Positions 14,198 through 16,523 of a stretch of 16,523 nucleotides of DNA are shown piece by piece. The notes under the pieces are model-generated. The model was not told the DNA's origin. It saw only the letters and a program-made list of their open reading frames with translations, and did no database searches. Within the stretch, counting starts at the first letter, position 1; each line of letters begins with the position of its first letter. This stretch comes from Candidatus Bipolaricaulia bacterium. Its GTDB lineage: Bacteria > Bipolaricaulota > Bipolaricaulia > JBHIAT01. The position numbers were made by a program, and so were the translations under genes. Where the stretch lies: the NCBI GenBank assembly GCA_046758705.1, contig JBHIAT010000074.1, positions 1-16,523 on the forward strand, given 5' to 3'.

Positions 14198-16523
14198 ATG
14201 AACGAGAGCAGAGAGTACCACGGGGGTATCGAGCCTGGTCCCGGTCCTGACCAGGCGATCTACGAAGGCGAAGCTCCTTACCGAGGTCTGGAGTTCTTTG
14301 ATGTGCAGCACGCTCCATTCTTCTTCGGGCGGGAGGCTTTGACCGATCAGTTGCTGAACGAACTACGTCTTTCGACCGGCTCGGGACAGGATAACCGCTT
14401 CCTGAGCATCATCGGTCCCTCAGGCAGCGGCAAGTCGTCGCTCGCCCGCGCTGGACTGGTTGCCGCACTGAGACACGGTGAGATCGAGGGCAGTAAAGAC
14501 TGGCTCATCGCCATCTGTCGGCCAGATGCCGACCCGCTGGAGAGCCTGGTCATGGCTCTCTCTAAAGCGACCGGCGCTGGACAAACCTCATCGGCCGTCC
14601 GTGATCTGATAGAAGCCCTGCGTAGTAACGAACGCACGCTGCATATCATAACTCGCCTCGCGCTGCGCGATGCCCCACAAGATCGGCGGCTAGTCCTGTT
14701 GGTTGACCAGTTTGAGGAACTATTCACCTTGTGCGACGATGAGCACCTCCGTCAGGCCCTGATAAACAATCTGCTTTATGCCGCTAGCATCGCAGATGGC
14801 CGAACGGTGGTGCTGCTCACCCTGGGCGCCGACTTTTACGACGAGTGTGCGACCTATCCTGTGTTGGCTGCTGCTCTATCTGATCACCAAATACTCGTGG
14901 GCCCAATGACGGACGACGAATTGCGGCGCGCTATCGAACGGCCGGCGCAACTGGTCGAGTGCGAGTTCGAAACTGGACTGGTGGAACGCATCCTTTACGA
15001 TGCAGGAGAGAAGTCAGGTAATCTGTCTCCCCTGGAGCTCGCCCTGACGGAACTGTGGACACGGCGGCAGGGCAGGCTGTTGACCCACGCTGCTTACGAA
15101 GACATCGGGGAGATAGCGGGGGTGATTGCCCAGCGGGCCGAGGAGGAATCTGCGAAATTCACGCCGGAGCAGAGAGAGGTCGCCGAGCCAGAGGCGCAGC
15201 CACAGCGCGAACCGGAACCGGCTCAAGCCTTGGCCGAAGAGCCGAAGCAAACGGCCGAGACAGAGCGTCAGCAGGCAGAAGAGCAGCAGCGACAGACTGA
15301 GGAGCCCGGGGTTGCTCGACGCCTGCGCCGAATGGCTCTGATAGTGGTGGTTCTGCTGGTGGTGGGGTTTGGAGCATTTGCGTTTATACAATACCAAGAG
15401 GCGATAGAGCAGCGTCAGGCGGCGGTAAAGCAGCTTCAAGAGACCGAAGTGCAGCGCCAGCTTGCCGAAAAGCAGCGCCGGATCGCCGAGGAGCAGCGCC
15501 AAGAGGCCGAACAGCAGCGCCAGCTTGCCCTCGCCCGTCAGTTATCAGCCCAGGCCGAGTCTGTGCGGGTCCAGCATGCCGCTTTGCTGCCGCGCAGTGT
15601 ACTCCTGGCCGTGGAGTCGTTGCGCCGCACCCCTACGCTGAAGGGTAACCAGGTTCTGAGCCACAACCTATCATTGATCCCACCCCCCAGGATGACGCAC
15701 GAAGACTCGGTGGGGGCGGTGGCATTCAGCCCCGACGAGCGCCGGGTGGTCTCAGGAGGCGGGACCACCGCCCGCGTGTGGGAGACAGAAACCGGCCGCG
15801 AGCTCTCCCACATGACTCACCAAGACACCGTGTGGGCGGTGGCGTTCAGCCGCGACGGGCGCTGGGTTGCCTCAGGAGGTGGGACCACCGCCCGCGTGTG
15901 GGGGGCGGAAACCGGGCAGGAACTCTCCCGTTTGACGCACGAAGGCTTGGTGCGGGTGGTGGCGTTCAGCCCCGACGGGCGCTGGGTCGCCTCAGGAGGC
16001 GGGACCACCGCCCGCGTGTGGGAGACAGAAACCGGCCGCGAGATCGCTCGCATGAGGCACCGGGACTGGGTGTATGCGGTGGCGTTCAGCCCTGATGGGC
16101 GTTGGATCGCCTCGGGAAGCTGGGATAACACCGCCCGCGTGTGGGAGATAGAAACCGGCCGCGAGCTCTCCCGTATGTTGCACGAAGACTCGGTGGGAGC
16201 GGTGGCGTTCAGCCCCGACGGACGCTGGGTCGTCTCGGGAAGCTGGGATGGCACCGCCCGCGTGTGGGAGGCAGAGACCGGCCGCGAGGTCGCCCACATG
16301 ACCCACCAAGACGAGGTGAAGGCGGTGGCGTTTAGCCCCGACGGACGCTGGGTCGTCTCGGGAAGCTGGGATGGCACCGCCCGCGTGTGGGAGGCAGAGA
16401 CCGGCCGTGAGCTCTCCCGCATGACCCACGGAGATCGGGTAGAGACAGTGGCGTTCAGCCCCGACGGACGCTGGGTCGCCTCAGGAGGCGGGACCACCGC
16501 CCGCGTGTGGGAGACAGAAACCG
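14198..16523 (+). CDS. NLR-like STAND NTPase (nSTAND1-type) + TM helix + WD40 repeat protein, more than 775 aa, 3' end beyond the window
   Basis: Manually translated with no stop from ATG 14198 to the window end. PYRGLEFF...FFFGRE, Walker A GPSGSGKS (14414-14437), Walker B LVLLVDQFEELFT (from 14690), LRRAIERPA, TM MALIVVVLLVVGFGAFAFI (15332-15388), coiled coil, ARQLSAQA, then WD40 repeats. Not in the ORF track because it has no stop in the window. Confidence 0.93.
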   Translation, partial: MNESREYHGGIEPGPGPDQAIYEGEAPYRGLEFFDVQHAPFFFGREALTDQLLNELRLSTGSGQDNRFLSIIGPSGSGKSSLARAGLVAALRHGEIEGSKDWLIAICRPDADPLESLVMALSKATGAGQTSSAVRDLIEALRSNERTLHIITRLALRDAPQDRRLVLLVDQFEELFTLCDDEHLRQALINNLLYAASIADGRTVVLLTLGADFYDECATYPVLAAALSDHQILVGPMTDDELRRAIERPAQLVECEFETGLVERILYDAGEKSGNLSPLELALTELWTRRQGRLLTHAAYEDIGEIAGVIAQRAEEESAKFTPEQREVAEPEAQPQREPEPAQALAEEPKQTAETERQQAEEQQRQTEEPGVARRLRRMALIVVVLLVVGFGAFAFIQYQEAIEQRQAAVKQLQETEVQRQLAEKQRRIAEEQRQEAEQQRQLALARQLSAQAESVRVQHAALLPRSVLLAVESLRRTPTLKGNQVLSHNLSLIPPPRMTHEDSVGAVAFSPDERRVVSGGGTTARVWETETGRELSHMTHQDTVWAVAFSRDGRWVASGGGTTARVWGAETGQELSRLTHEGLVRVVAFSPDGRWVASGGGTTARVWETETGREIARMRHRDWVYAVAFSPDGRWIASGSWDNTARVWEIETGRELSRMLHEDSVGAVAFSPDGRWVVSGSWDGTARVWEAETGREVAHMTHQDEVKAVAFSPDGRWVVSGSWDGTARVWEAETGRELSRMTHGDRVETVAFSPDGRWVASGGGTTARVWETET
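15692..16523 (+). repeat. Tandem coding repeat array, at least 7 WD40 units of 120 or 123 bp
   Basis: Units start at 15692, 15812, 15932 (120 bp, SGGGTT), 16052, 16175, 16298 (123 bp, SGSWD[NG]T) and 16421 (SGGGTT type, truncated). 74 nt are identical between 16211-16284 and 16334-16407. Confidence 0.96.

Noticed and set aside
14123-16497. Short ORFs listed over the right end (for example 14347-14727, 15014-15502, 15817-16497)
   Set aside because: Shadow or alternative frames of the long STAND-WD40 ORF; their periodicity only mirrors the repeat.
15692-16523. Repeat array as a CRISPR array or DGR template/variable repeat
   Set aside because: Unit lengths are multiples of three and read as in-frame WD40 repeats. 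There are no unique spacers, no cas or reverse transcriptase gene in the window, and no evident adenine-specific pattern of differences.

Overview
GC-rich bacterial chromosomal window; the taxon cannot be established from the sequence alone. Left to right: rpoD/sigA (partial, missing from the ORF track), dnaG, a 7Fe-type ferredoxin with a canonical sigma70 promoter, and a BtuFCD-like ABC operon with an 8-blade PQQ-type beta-propeller gene inside it. Next come an unannotated C-terminal remnant of a KynB/cyclase gene, a membrane-anchored diheme cytochrome c and an exported hypothetical protein. These are followed by a D-threonine aldolase/DSD1-like + Rid + COG3964-like amidohydrolase trio and a Cys-less thiolase + DUF35 pair. 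At the right edge is a long ORF also absent from the track (14198 to >16523). It encodes an NLR-like STAND (nSTAND1-type) ATPase, a TM helix and near-identical WD40 repeats with hypervariable positions. It has no N-terminal effector, appears to lack the winged-helix region and has a substituted sensor Arg. All family assignments come from motif recognition, not database searches.
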